From Candidatus Thorarchaeota archaeon (GTDB lineage Archaea; Asgardarchaeota; Thorarchaeia; Thorarchaeales; Thorarchaeaceae): a stretch of 64,000 bases of DNA. This document shows, piece by piece, positions 35,160-45,611 of the stretch (position 1 is its first letter; each line of letters opens with the position of its first letter). The notes below the pieces were generated by a model that ran no database searches, was not told the origin of the DNA, and was given only the letters and a program-made list of their open reading frames with translations. The translations under genes and the position numbers were made by a program. Location: positions 64,001 through 128,000 of the forward strand of contig JAFGAR010000088.1 in NCBI GenBank assembly GCA_016933575.1, read 5' to 3'.

Positions 35160-36599
35160 TTGTATATGACATCGCTCTTAAATGGATTGGAAACAACCGC
35201 CCAGATAGAGTCACCAAAGAATCTTTTTCAGAGGATAATAGGACAGGATCCTGCAGTATCAATAGTACAATCGGCAGTAAAGCAGAGAAGACACGTCCTT
35301 TTATGCGGCGTTCCAGGGATTGGAAAGTCTATGCTCGCTAAGGCAGCATATACACTTCTTAGTCCACCAACACAAGAGATACGCCTTCGAAAGAATCCAG
35401 AGCAACCGGACCGACCAATCGTTGTTGCATCCCAATTTGAGGGGGAACAACAGAAGCTGGATGAGGTCAGTGAGAACAACTTTGCCCTCTATGTTGCCCC
35501 AGACAGGCTTCCAGTAGATGTTTCAATCAAGATGGGATTCAGATGTTCTAGATGCGGAAGTCTATCAGTTCCCTCAGAACCATCCTGTGTTGATTGTGGA
35601 GCAACTAAGAGGTGTGACTGGACTGGAAGCGATTCGTATCACGGGCTATTTAGAATGCTTGATGTAGTACAGGAACCTGCACTAAGAACTCTCACAAGTC
35701 TGGAAGATATTGCGGGTATGTCATATCATGTGACCTATGAGAGATACAGAGACAACGAAATTGCTGTCACTCGTCGATTACTTGGAAACAATACGGTTTC
35801 GAAGATGGAAAAAACAGCTCATGATGAGAGAGTACTCGTTGGAAGGAATACAATCAGGTTCATACGGGTAAGTGGCGCAAGCCATGTTGAACTACTTGGT
35901 GATATCAAACACGATCCATATGGCAGCGCCGAGGCACTTGGAATGGCGGCTCATCTGAGGGTAATCCCTGGAGCTATTCACGAAGCTCATGAAGGTATAC
36001 TCTATATTGATGAGGTCTCCGCACTTGGGCCACATCAGAGTCATCTATTGACAGCAATGCAGGATCGGTCATATCCAATATCTGGTCACAATCCTCTGGG
36101 TTCTGGAGCTGCAGTCAGGGTGGATAACGTCCCTTGTGATTTCATCCTCTTTGCATCATGCAATACTGAAAATATCAGTGGAATTCTACCAGCCCTCAGG
36201 TCGAGAATTAGAGGGTATGGTTATGAGGTGATGTTATCTTCTTGGATGAAAAAGAATGCCGAAAATGAAGACAAGATCACCAGGTTCATTTCTCAAACAG
36301 TTGAAGAAGATGGAAAAATACCTCATCTCACACGAGGTTCTGTTGAAGAAGTTATACGCGTGGCTGAAAGGATGGCAACCCAATTGGATGGACAGAAGAA
36401 TGCTCTGACCTTGCGACTTCGTGAACTCGGTGGTCTGGTCAGAATTGCTGGAGACTTGGCAGTCCAAGATGATGAACAGCTCGTACAGACGACTCATGTA
36501 AAGAGAGCCGAAGTCCTAAGCAAGGGAATTGATATGATTGATTTATGTTCGCAGTCATGTAAGAGAACAGAACCATTAAACAAAGACTATTTCTTCTAA
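35160..36599 (+). CDS. LonB-like AAA+ ATPase lacking the protease domain
   Basis: IIGQD, GVPGIGKS, LLGDIKHDPY, GAIHEAHEGILYIDE, ALRSRIRGYGYEV, LRLRELGGLVR. Confidence 0.88.
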   Translation: MYMTSLLNGLETTAQIESPKNLFQRIIGQDPAVSIVQSAVKQRRHVLLCGVPGIGKSMLAKAAYTLLSPPTQEIRLRKNPEQPDRPIVVASQFEGEQQKLDEVSENNFALYVAPDRLPVDVSIKMGFRCSRCGSLSVPSEPSCVDCGATKRCDWTGSDSYHGLFRMLDVVQEPALRTLTSLEDIAGMSYHVTYERYRDNEIAVTRRLLGNNTVSKMEKTAHDERVLVGRNTIRFIRVSGASHVELLGDIKHDPYGSAEALGMAAHLRVIPGAIHEAHEGILYIDEVSALGPHQSHLLTAMQDRSYPISGHNPLGSGAAVRVDNVPCDFILFASCNTENISGILPALRSRIRGYGYEVMLSSWMKKNAENEDKITRFISQTVEEDGKIPHLTRGSVEEVIRVAERMATQLDGQKNALTLRLRELGGLVRIAGDLAVQDDEQLVQTTHVKRAEVLSKGIDMIDLCSQSCKRTEPLNKDYFF

Positions 36600-36626
36600 C
36601 TCTAGCACTTTCTCAGTGGTGGCAAA

Positions 36627-37715
36627 TTGAAAATTCTAAAACGAGTCCTCAAAGAAGGTACAATAGTGCTAAAGATAGAAACATTGGATGATCTTTGGCA
36701 TCTCTACAACACAGTTGGGTCAGGGGACATTGTAATATCAAGGACTGTACGTCGGGTGCGAGTAGGAGATGAGGACAGTAGAAAACAGGACAGCGTGAGA
36801 AAACCTATGGTACTCAAGCTCAAGGTGGATGATGTGGCATTTCATGCTTTTTCTAATCGTGTCAGAATCAAAGGACAGATACTCGAGGGACCTAGTGACC
36901 TTGTCAATATTGGCTCGTATCATACAATAAACATTGAGACCGGAGATACTCTCACAGTTATCAAAGAGCATTGGCCAAAGTACATTTTGGATAGACTGAA
37001 TGAAGCAACCAAGGACCAATTACGAGCAATTTGCCTTATCGTTACAATTGAAGATGGAGACTCTGAGCTCTTTCTTGCTGCAGACTATGGTCTAAAAGAA
37101 GCAGTACGAGTTCGAGCAAATATATCAAGAAAAAGAGGAGATCAGAAATCCTACGACTCAACAGTAAAGGATTTTTTCGATGATGTTACACTTGCTATTC
37201 GTTCTCAACTTGAACAGAATGAGATTGGGCTTATTGTAATTGCAGGACCTGGATTTGTGAGAGACCATTTCAGAGAACATTTGAGCAAGGCAGGAATCAA
37301 GAATATGCCGCCCGTTATTGTTGAAGGCACAAACTCGGTTGGGATTCCAGGAGCGAAAGAAGTCTTATTCAGAGGTGTCATTGGAAAAGCTATTTCGGAG
37401 CTGAAAGTTGAGACTGAAACCAAACTGATTGAAGATCTTGTTGAACATATATCAAAAGATGATGGGCTTGGTACATACGGAGATGCAGAAGTTCGTAAAG
37501 CAGTCCAATACGGTGCTATTCAAGACTTACTCATAACAGACAAGAAGTTACGAGAAGGATCCGATGAAGAACGCCGTCGAATAGACAGTCTCATACGAGA
37601 TACTGAGAAGACGAAGGGGGCCTTTCATATTGTATCAACAGAACACCCTACGGGCGACCAGCTTCATCGATTGGGTGGAATTGCAGCCATCCTTCGGTTT
37701 CGCATCATGGAATGA
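36627..37715 (+). CDS. pelA: Pelota/Dom34 ribosome rescue factor
   Basis: DDLWHLYN, GSYHTINI, AGPGF, LGGIAAILRF. Confidence 0.96.
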   Translation: MKILKRVLKEGTIVLKIETLDDLWHLYNTVGSGDIVISRTVRRVRVGDEDSRKQDSVRKPMVLKLKVDDVAFHAFSNRVRIKGQILEGPSDLVNIGSYHTINIETGDTLTVIKEHWPKYILDRLNEATKDQLRAICLIVTIEDGDSELFLAADYGLKEAVRVRANISRKRGDQKSYDSTVKDFFDDVTLAIRSQLEQNEIGLIVIAGPGFVRDHFREHLSKAGIKNMPPVIVEGTNSVGIPGAKEVLFRGVIGKAISELKVETETKLIEDLVEHISKDDGLGTYGDAEVRKAVQYGAIQDLLITDKKLREGSDEERRRIDSLIRDTEKTKGAFHIVSTEHPTGDQLHRLGGIAAILRFRIME

Positions 37716-38837
37716 TTAGAGTGGATCAAACATAGTCTGAAGACGGTCGTAGGATGGGTATTCGTAAGAGATGCCAATCTCAAGATTAGAAAGTGTTGCA
37801 AGTTTTTTCTTAATCTCTTGTGTGGCTTCCTCAAGAATCCAAGGCGCTATTTCAATACGTTTCCGTGCTGGGTCAATATTGAGTAGATTTTCAGGAATTT
37901 CAAGTTCTTTCTTTAGGAGTGTGTAGATGACGGTTAGCTGGTCGTTGTTCAGTTGAGTGCCATGAGATCCTCTAATGACACCTAAGACTAGGAGGGGATC
38001 TATCTCGTCACGCTCTTCAAACTCGCGGATAGTCTGTTCTAGACGTCGTTCAAGTCGATTTCTCATCTGAACAGCATCCTTGTAACGAGCAGAACAAAAA
38101 TGAACTGAGAGTGTAGTAAGGTCAGTTATGGCCCAGTCAAGTATCTCCTTAGCTGTTGTAGAGCTACCTTCAATGCTAGCACTCTCTAAATCTGTAAGTC
38201 GCATGCCCAGAGATCGCAGGCTTTCAAAATTGGTTTCACTGGCTTCGAGTTCATTTATGTTGAAGAATGATACACCAATCTTCTGAGCCCGTCGGGCAAT
38301 TTTCTTTAATCGGTCGACCTGACCGGGAATTGCAGGTACTTCGATACCGACAACGAGATTGAGAGCAATTGCACGCTCGATTCCAGTCCAATCTTGAGTC
38401 TGAGGATGAAATCTGATCTCGTCGAGTCCAGCATTCTTTAGACGAAGAAGCTCATCGTTACTGAGCGAGGTCTTACTAGTATAGAGATGAATGTGAAACT
38501 CTGGACCATATCTGTGTTTCAGTAGAGAGATGTATTCTAAGGTTCGTTCTAGCCTGCAGAGTGGGTCACCACCACTGACCCCAGCACCCTCTCCTGCTAT
38601 AGCATCAACTTCTGTGAAAATGTCCTCTATAGAAGATACAGGCATCTCGTCCGCATACACTACATCCTTGTTGGTCTTTTCTTGAGAGAGAGGGCAATAA
38701 TAGCAAGAACTATCACAAAGACCAGTTACAAAGAGAATCATCTTCGAACCTTTGGTACAGAGTTTGCAACCTAGTGGAAGGGCTCCAACTAGTAGAGACC
38801 CGCCAGGTAATTGTTCAATCCTTCGTTTCATATTCAT
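37716..38837 (-). CDS. Radical SAM protein (COG2108-like)
   Basis: GCKLC..GSKMILFVTGLCDSSCYYCPLS, GLDEIRFH, INELE. Confidence 0.9.
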   Translation of the reverse strand: MNMKRRIEQLPGGSLLVGALPLGCKLCTKGSKMILFVTGLCDSSCYYCPLSQEKTNKDVVYADEMPVSSIEDIFTEVDAIAGEGAGVSGGDPLCRLERTLEYISLLKHRYGPEFHIHLYTSKTSLSNDELLRLKNAGLDEIRFHPQTQDWTGIERAIALNLVVGIEVPAIPGQVDRLKKIARRAQKIGVSFFNINELEASETNFESLRSLGMRLTDLESASIEGSSTTAKEILDWAITDLTTLSVHFCSARYKDAVQMRNRLERRLEQTIREFEERDEIDPLLVLGVIRGSHGTQLNNDQLTVIYTLLKKELEIPENLLNIDPARKRIEIAPWILEEATQEIKKKLATLSNLEIGISYEYPSYDRLQTMFDPL

Positions 38838-39544
38838 CGCCTCCGACCATAGCGCCGATCAATGGTTCGACGAAGAGCTGGGTCATTATCCTGCAATTGT
38901 TTAGCAACCTCCTCAAAACTCTCCGAGTCCTTTAACACGCGGGTGAGATATACTCCAGTTCTTCCAACACTATCACGACGCGTCAATACTCGTTCCCGCT
39001 CTTGAGCTATCTCTAGACTGACGTTTAGCTTCTTTGCTACCTCATGCTCGTGTCCAATAACGCCATACTCTATATGTCCAGTAGGAGTTGGTTCTATGAG
39101 AATGAGCCGTTTATCCACTCCAGGAACTCGCTTTTCGGCCTCAATGGCCTTACAATCAAGTGCGCCGCCCCAATGATAGAATTCCTCCTCTCTCTTCCTC
39201 AGTTTGAACATGGGAAAGCTGACCACTATATCGTCCTCAAGATGAATGTGCCCCTTCAAGACCATTGATGGTGTGGCTTGGACAAGCTCTCTTTGGAGCA
39301 CAGGTCCAAGAACAATCTCAAGGCGATAACTGGAAATAACCTGAGGGATGATGATATCCACATCAGACGATTCAGTGACATCACCACGAGCGACTGATCC
39401 ATGTACCAGTGAATGAATTCCTGATGACTCAATCTTCTTCATGACATGAATTGCACGTTGCCTGATGCGACTGAGAAGGTTCCAATGGTCCTTATCATAG
39501 GTGACTTCTCTACTATCATGAAGAGTTTCAGGACGCCGTGCCAA
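38834..39544 (-). CDS. Archaeal Pol-beta-type nucleotidyltransferase (COG2413-like)
   Basis: HGSVARGDV...SDVDI, RVPGVDKRL, GRTGVY. Confidence 0.9.
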   Translation of the reverse strand: MARRPETLHDSREVTYDKDHWNLLSRIRQRAIHVMKKIESSGIHSLVHGSVARGDVTESSDVDIIIPQVISSYRLEIVLGPVLQRELVQATPSMVLKGHIHLEDDIVVSFPMFKLRKREEEFYHWGGALDCKAIEAEKRVPGVDKRLILIEPTPTGHIEYGVIGHEHEVAKKLNVSLEIAQERERVLTRRDSVGRTGVYLTRVLKDSESFEEVAKQLQDNDPALRRTIDRRYGRRR

Positions 39545-39550
39545 TATGGG

Positions 39551-40477
39551 TCAACTCCTGATTGTGTCAAGCATTTCGCAAGTCTTGCATATTCGTGAAG
39601 GAGAAGGATTACCACATTGTTCACAAGATCCAATCTTCCATTCATCCATGGTATCTCTGAATGCATCGACAATTGTTTCGGCAGAGCGTAGAGTAGCTAA
39701 TAGAGTACCAGGACGTTTGTATTCCATATCGTTGAGGAAGGCTCTAACATCATTTCGATAGGCTGTTTCAGCATAGGGACATGGTTCATCATGATATGGC
39801 AACTCTAGATGATGTGCATACGCAACAATATCGCGCTCTGATAATTCTGCAATTGGCTTTACTCGAGGAACAAACCCATCAATTGCTTTGTCGCGTGGCA
39901 CATTTGTCCTTGCTATTCGAGCACTATCGCCCCGGAGAAGATTCATCAGAATAGTCTGTGCCTCATCATCTAGATTGTGTCCAATCGCAATTACACTGGC
40001 TCCAAGGTCTTGAGCTGCAGTATTCAAAGCACGTCGCCGTAGTACCCCACAATATGAACATGCACCAACAGAGTTCGCAGGTTTTCGAGCCACAATCTCA
40101 TCAAGACTATACCTGAACAGATCCTTGAAAGAGTAGATCTCAAGATTTAGATCTAATCTTTGTGTTAGTATCTTAGCAGAATCAAGAGCTTTGTTTCGAT
40201 ATCCTTGAATTCCTTCATCTATTGTAACTGGAATAATCTCTGAATTGGAAAAAGTGCTCTCTATCTGTTGAAGGAGATGAAGAAGAACTGCACTATCCTT
40301 CCCTCCAGAAATAGCCACAGCTATCCGGTCATTCTCATAGAACATCTTATGTCTATTGATTGTTCTACGAACTCGATCAATGGTGGTCTGAACTAGGCAA
40401 CTTCCACAGAGTAGCTCGGATGTGTACCTACGTAGGTAGATGGAGGGTTTTCCACACTTTGAACATCCAGATTGCAT
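39551..40477 (-). CDS. ttuA: tRNA 2-thiouridine synthetase TtuA/Ncs6 family
   Basis: PP-loop SGGKDS, CSYCGVLRR, GHNLDD, CPY, terminal Zn fingers. Confidence 0.92.
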   Translation of the reverse strand: MQSGCSKCGKPSIYLRRYTSELLCGSCLVQTTIDRVRRTINRHKMFYENDRIAVAISGGKDSAVLLHLLQQIESTFSNSEIIPVTIDEGIQGYRNKALDSAKILTQRLDLNLEIYSFKDLFRYSLDEIVARKPANSVGACSYCGVLRRRALNTAAQDLGASVIAIGHNLDDEAQTILMNLLRGDSARIARTNVPRDKAIDGFVPRVKPIAELSERDIVAYAHHLELPYHDEPCPYAETAYRNDVRAFLNDMEYKRPGTLLATLRSAETIVDAFRDTMDEWKIGSCEQCGNPSPSRICKTCEMLDTIRS

Positions 40478-40545
40478 GATAGCGACTACTCCAAGTCGCT
40501 CTAATACTGATAGTTAAGTTAAAGCTATTCAAAGGACAGAAGACA

Positions 40546-40968
40546 TCATAGCTTGGTCTTACTGTCAGAAGATTCCTTAGCCTTCAAATCATCCATTATC
40601 TTCGTTCGTCGTAGTTGAAGTGCAGCCTTTGATGCTCTGAAATTCGCTGCATGGATTATGTCCTCTACTGTTCTATGCCACTCAGCTGGAGAGAGCGTTG
40701 AATAAATCTCCTTGAAGGAATCACTCAATCTCTCGATGCGTGCAAGGCACTCAACGCGATCCTCAGGAAGCCGTTTCTCATCGAAATATAGGAGTGCATG
40801 TCCTTTCAGAGCTTCCCAATCAATTTCATTGTTCGACTGTAGGATTATTTTCAATTTATCCAGAGGGTCTTTCCAAGAGTCTGGAATGAACATAATGAGA
40901 TAATCTGCGAGGGCTTTTCGGGTCTTCTCACGGATATCTTGTGTTGAACTCATCTGATGTGTCATCAT
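40546..40968 (-). CDS. Hypothetical helical protein
   Basis: Clean 140-aa ORF co-oriented with neighbours. Confidence 0.7.
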   Translation of the reverse strand: MMTHQMSSTQDIREKTRKALADYLIMFIPDSWKDPLDKLKIILQSNNEIDWEALKGHALLYFDEKRLPEDRVECLARIERLSDSFKEIYSTLSPAEWHRTVEDIIHAANFRASKAALQLRRTKIMDDLKAKESSDSKTKL

Positions 40969-41031
40969 CTTACATCGATAACTAATACTAATTGACCCTT
41001 TTTAGGTCCAATAATTCTAATGTATTGATAT

Positions 41032-42213
41032 CTAGAAGATGCCTTTGCCCATTATCAAGCTTAGAATGATGCTTAGTATCACTATCAGGAAAGCAGCAAT
41101 CCGAATTGGATACATTACAATTTTGATTTTCTTCTCATCAGAGGTCAGGAGACTGAGACCATTAGATAATAAGCCATCTCCATCAAGTAACGGAATTGGG
41201 AGAAGGTTGAAGACTGCTAGTGATATGAGGATGATATAGCACCACAAAATAATCTGTTGAGAATGGAAGATGAACATCGGATCTAGGAATAAATCCCAAC
41301 CAGGTTTCGGTTCCCAATAATCAGCTCCAAAGACACCAATATACCCTTTCGATGTATTCAGTTCATTTGCGGCTAATATGATTGTATGGTTTCCATCAAG
41401 TGTATGTATTGTCAACTGAGCCCCAGCAGGAGCATCCGCCATGAAGACACTGACTGCACTCCAATTAGCAATAACTGTATCATTAAGACCAATTATTACA
41501 TCGCCAACTTGCAGTGTTTCAGCTGCAGGACTTCCTTCACTAATTTGATAGATGTATGCGCCACTGGGAGGATAGTAAGCAATCGATGCAATCGTGGCAA
41601 AATTCATGAGAATAGCAAGAAAGATAAAACTCCAAGCTATGTTAGAGAAAGATCCAGCGGCAAGCATGCGCATCCTTCCTTGTGGTGTGGTATTGTTCTT
41701 GAAGGCCTCCTCATCAGGCTCAACAAACGCTCCAAATAAGACCAAAAATCCGAGCAGGCCAGCGCTTTTTATCCCAATATTATCACGGGAGGCTGCAAGT
41801 CCATGAGCGAACTCATGGGTGAGAATTGCCACTGCAAGACCAATTAACATATACAAAAGAGGGAGACCTGTGATGGTCACGCCGGGGATTATTGGAACAA
41901 CACCACCAGCTTCAGCTGGTTGTGTGAAGAACTTGATAAGATTCTCTCCAAACATGAAGAGGGCGAAGATCATACCTCCAAAACCTACAACAATTCCAAT
42001 GTTGAAGAAGACTAATGGAAACTTCTTTCCCATTCTGGTCAGGAACGCATTCAAGCGTTCTGTCCTCCACATGAAGAAGAATGGAGTTCCAGCTTCTATA
42101 CCACGTTCTTTGAGACGCTCGACACCGAAGTATTGTGCCAGCGCATAGATTATGAGCCAAAAGAGGCCAATCAGTCCAAATGCGAGTACAGTGCTATCCA
42201 TTAGTCGAAACAC
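41032..42213 (-). CDS. Site-2 protease (M50) with PDZ domain
   Basis: HEFAH, GAFVEP, GSPAA..LQVGDVI, NLLPIPLLDG. Confidence 0.94.
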   Translation of the reverse strand: MFRLMDSTVLAFGLIGLFWLIIYALAQYFGVERLKERGIEAGTPFFFMWRTERLNAFLTRMGKKFPLVFFNIGIVVGFGGMIFALFMFGENLIKFFTQPAEAGGVVPIIPGVTITGLPLLYMLIGLAVAILTHEFAHGLAASRDNIGIKSAGLLGFLVLFGAFVEPDEEAFKNNTTPQGRMRMLAAGSFSNIAWSFIFLAILMNFATIASIAYYPPSGAYIYQISEGSPAAETLQVGDVIIGLNDTVIANWSAVSVFMADAPAGAQLTIHTLDGNHTIILAANELNTSKGYIGVFGADYWEPKPGWDLFLDPMFIFHSQQIILWCYIILISLAVFNLLPIPLLDGDGLLSNGLSLLTSDEKKIKIVMYPIRIAAFLIVILSIILSLIMGKGIF

Positions 42214-42395
42214 GTCCCTAAGAGAACTAGAAGGCTCGATTGTGGAGAGGGTTATAATGATTGTGACTTAGGTACATTTCAAAAGACTCCAGTCCAAATG
42301 CTGACCCGACCGCAACCCTCATAAAGTGACTTCTGTAGCCTTACGTTGGTGTCCAATAGGATACTTTATACAAATCTAGGTAGGCGATACGATAA

Positions 42396-42779
42396 TTGCC
42401 ATACAAACTTGTGATTTCAGATCCAGAAACTGGAAAAGCTATCCAGTACGAATTAGATGATGCTAAGACCAACGCTATTGTTGGAAAACTTGTCGGAGAA
42501 ATTGTGGAAGGAGATGTCTTAGGCCTACCAGGATACAAGTTAAAGATCACAGGTGGCACAGACTCATCGGGATTCGCAATCCGTCCAGATGTACATGGAA
42601 GTGGAAAGAAGAGAGTTCTAATCCGAGGCCCACCAGGATTCAGGTCCGATAGGAAAGGGATAGCTAAACGGAAGACTGTTCGTGGGAGAGAATTGAGTAA
42701 AGATATCTCTCAAGTGAATATGCGAGTTGAAGAAAAGGGTAGCACACCCCTCGAAGAACTCGTCATGAAAGCAGCATAG
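42396..42779 (+). CDS. rps6e: 30S ribosomal protein eS6
   Basis: KLVISDP, LKITGGTDSSGF, RKTVRG. Confidence 0.97.
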   Translation: MPYKLVISDPETGKAIQYELDDAKTNAIVGKLVGEIVEGDVLGLPGYKLKITGGTDSSGFAIRPDVHGSGKKRVLIRGPPGFRSDRKGIAKRKTVRGRELSKDISQVNMRVEEKGSTPLEELVMKAA

Positions 42780-42891
42780 TCACTGCGTCTCATTCTTATG
42801 GGCAAGGGCTTAGGGACAACCATATACTTCATATGTGCAATGGAAAAGGTGTGACTACGCCCAAACAAAATCATTCGGAAGTGAAGATTAG

Positions 42892-44133
42892 GTGGCCAGA
42901 AAATACGAAGGACAGTCCGAGATTAGCATTGGTACCTTAGGTCATGTGGATCATGGGAAGACAACATTAGTTTCCTATCTTACAGGCGAATGGACTGATA
43001 GACATTCAGATGAGATCAGACGTGGCATTTCAATCAGACTTGGGTATGCTGCAACGGTTTTAATGAAATGCAATAGTTGTCCAGACCCTGATAAGTACAC
43101 TACATCATTTCTATCAAAAGATGGAAAGTGTAACAAATGCGGCGGAAAGCTAGAGGTCCTTCGTGAGATATCATTCGTTGACAGTCCAGGACACGAATCC
43201 CTGATGGCTACATGTTTGAGCGGTGCTAGTCTTATGGATGGAGCAATTCTTGTGATTGCTGCTGATGAACCATGTCCTATGCCTCAGACAGCTGAACACC
43301 TCCATGCCTTGGAAATTGTTGGTGTCAGCAAGATTGTCATAGTTCAAAACAAAATCGAATTAGTATCTAAGGAACAGGCAAAGAAACACCATAAACAGAT
43401 CAAAGATTTCGTCAAAGGAACTATTGCAGAAAACGCGCCAATTATCCCAATATCGGCAGTCTTTGGAGCAAATACGGACCTTCTAATAAAGACCATAGAA
43501 GAAGTGATTCCGACACCCAAAAGAGATGATTCAGCTCTACCAAAGATGTTTGTAGCACGATCCTTTGATATTAACAGACCGGGTACGGCACCTGATAAGA
43601 TGAGAGGCGGAGTGGTGGGAGGCTCAATAGTACAAGGGAAACTCAAGATTGGAGATGAGATTGAGATTTCGCCAGGAGCTAAAGGAGAGAAGGGATTTAC
43701 ACCAATCAAGGCGGAGGTCATTAGTTTACTCTCTGGGAGTGGTAATTCACTACAAGAAGCATATCCAGGGGGACTGATTGGTGTTGGCACTGGTTTGGAT
43801 CCAGCTTCTACACGAGCTGATCGTCTTGTAGGTAATGTGGTTGGCAAAGTCGGAAAGATGCCCAAGGTCTATGAAACACTGATGGTGAAACCAATACTTA
43901 TGCAGAGAGTGGTAGGTATGGAGAGTCAAAAACAGGTGGACAACCTGAGACTAAATGAACCGATGATGCTCGTTGTCGGTGCAGCTCCAACAGTTGGTGT
44001 AATCACCCGATTACACGGTGATGAGATAGAGTTAGCGCTAAAAAGACCGGTCGTGGCTGAAAAGGGACAACGTATAGCAATTGGGCGCCGAGTTGAGAAC
44101 AAATGGCGACTAATTGGATATGCGGAAGTATAG
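42892..44133 (+). CDS. eif2g: Translation initiation factor aIF2 gamma
   Basis: GHVDHGKTT, RGISIRLGY, DSPGH, NKIE, WRLIG. Confidence 0.98.
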   Translation: MARKYEGQSEISIGTLGHVDHGKTTLVSYLTGEWTDRHSDEIRRGISIRLGYAATVLMKCNSCPDPDKYTTSFLSKDGKCNKCGGKLEVLREISFVDSPGHESLMATCLSGASLMDGAILVIAADEPCPMPQTAEHLHALEIVGVSKIVIVQNKIELVSKEQAKKHHKQIKDFVKGTIAENAPIIPISAVFGANTDLLIKTIEEVIPTPKRDDSALPKMFVARSFDINRPGTAPDKMRGGVVGGSIVQGKLKIGDEIEISPGAKGEKGFTPIKAEVISLLSGSGNSLQEAYPGGLIGVGTGLDPASTRADRLVGNVVGKVGKMPKVYETLMVKPILMQRVVGMESQKQVDNLRLNEPMMLVVGAAPTVGVITRLHGDEIELALKRPVVAEKGQRIAIGRRVENKWRLIGYAEV

Positions 44134-44168
44134 AAAAGGACATACAGCATCCATAGCATATTCATAGG

Positions 44169-44582
44169 GTGGAAAACTTGCCACTTATCGTCGTACTTGA
44201 CGCAAACATTCTAACAGTTCCAGGACAGTTTGGAGTAGATATCTTTGCGGAATCCAAGAGAATACTTGAGAAGCGAATCGAATTCGTCGTCTTAGATTCT
44301 GTGGTAAGAGAACTAGAACGAAAACTAGAGATTTCTGGGAGAATAGAGAGTCGTATCTTCAGGATTGCTCTTGATCTCATCGATAGTAATGATGTGACTG
44401 TGGTTGAGGGACAGTCAAAAGAGATGCCTGTAGATGAACAGATATTACAATTCGCTCAGACCTCTCAGGGAGTGTTAGCCACAAACGATCGGGGATTGAG
44501 AGAACAAGCACTATCACAGGGAATACCAATCTTATTTTTGAGAGGAAAAAAGCAGCTTCAGTTGATGGGCACTATTTTATGA
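44169..44582 (+). CDS. PIN-domain RNase (Fcf1/Utp24-like)
   Basis: VLDAN, VVREL, VDE, ATND; conserved position after aIF2g. Confidence 0.9.
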   Translation: MENLPLIVVLDANILTVPGQFGVDIFAESKRILEKRIEFVVLDSVVRELERKLEISGRIESRIFRIALDLIDSNDVTVVEGQSKEMPVDEQILQFAQTSQGVLATNDRGLREQALSQGIPILFLRGKKQLQLMGTIL

Positions 44583-44711
44583 GACCGTGTCACAACGTTT
44601 TTATGGTTTACAAAGCGATTCAGCCTTCGAGCCATCTGGTTCAGACCCTAGGGCTTATACCTGAGTCTGATTATTCTTAGAATTGTCCTGTCAGGCAAGG
44701 AGCGTCTTCAA

Positions 44712-45296
44712 TTGTATAGTATAGTCACAGTAAAAGATGTCGTACGGATTCCCCCATCACAATTTGGGTCGCCAATCGAAGATGCAGCAATGATTCACCT
44801 GCGAAAACAGCACGAGAACGTTCTGGATCGAGATGTGGGACTCATGATTGCAGTGATTGGTATAGATGATATTGGTCAGGGACGTCTAATGCCTGGAGAC
44901 GGAGCAACCTACCATGCAGTGACTTATCGCGTACTTGTTTTCAAGCCACTTCGTGGTGAGCTTGTAGAAGGCAATGTCGTTGAACTCATGGACTTTGGGG
45001 CATTCATTAGAATGGGACCACTGGACGGTCTATGCCATGTAAGTCAGATCTGTGATGATTTTATCACTCAAGATACAAAGGGAAGTGCATTACTCGGAAA
45101 AGAGACCGGACGCACTCTCTCTGAAGGTGATATGGTTCGAGCCAGAGTCACCTCGATCAGCTTTGAGTCAGGTAATAAATCAGGAAAACTCGGTCTTACT
45201 ATGAGACAACCATTCCTCGGAAAGATAGGACCAGACCAATCATGGATCGAGGATGATGTAAAAGCTGCCCGTGGCGAAGGAAAGAAGAAGAAATAG
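44712..45296 (+). CDS. rpoE1: RNA polymerase subunit Rpo7 (E')
   Basis: VRIPP, PGDGA, FGAFIRMGPLDGLCHVSQI, LTMRQPFLGK. Confidence 0.97.
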   Translation: MYSIVTVKDVVRIPPSQFGSPIEDAAMIHLRKQHENVLDRDVGLMIAVIGIDDIGQGRLMPGDGATYHAVTYRVLVFKPLRGELVEGNVVELMDFGAFIRMGPLDGLCHVSQICDDFITQDTKGSALLGKETGRTLSEGDMVRARVTSISFESGNKSGKLGLTMRQPFLGKIGPDQSWIEDDVKAARGEGKKKK

Positions 45297-45324
45297 ATGA
45301 TGGGAGGTAACCAAAATAGCGAAA

Positions 45325-45528
45325 ATGAAGGCCTGTAGAGCTTGCCACTATCTTACAAGTGAAAACATGTGTCCTAACTGTAAGAGTACCAATCTCTCAA
45401 CATCGTACACTGGAATTGTTGTCATCCTCCCAGGAAGATCAGGGCCTGAGGACCCACGGAAGAGCTCGTATATTGCCTCAAGGCTGAATATTGATAAGCC
45501 AGGCAAGTACGCACTAAAGGTTCGGTAA
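45325..45528 (+). CDS. spt4: Transcription elongation factor Spt4
   Basis: KACRAC...CPNC...PGKYALKVR. Confidence 0.95.
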   Translation: MKACRACHYLTSENMCPNCKSTNLSTSYTGIVVILPGRSGPEDPRKSSYIASRLNIDKPGKYALKVR

Positions 45529-45611
45529 TCCTTGTCACTGGTGAAAGCTTTATTAGACAACTCCAAGTCGACAGCCTGACCCCACACCTGATGTGGTCTG
45601 ATTCTCAGTAA

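Noticed and set aside
37716-38837. Radical SAM gene as the GRE activase
   Set aside because: Motifs match the COG2108-like family, not PflA-type GCPLRCxWCxNPE activases, and it lies 25 kb away
44641-44670. TCAGAC..GTCTGA inverted repeat before rpoE1
   Set aside because: Single modest hairpin with no further support
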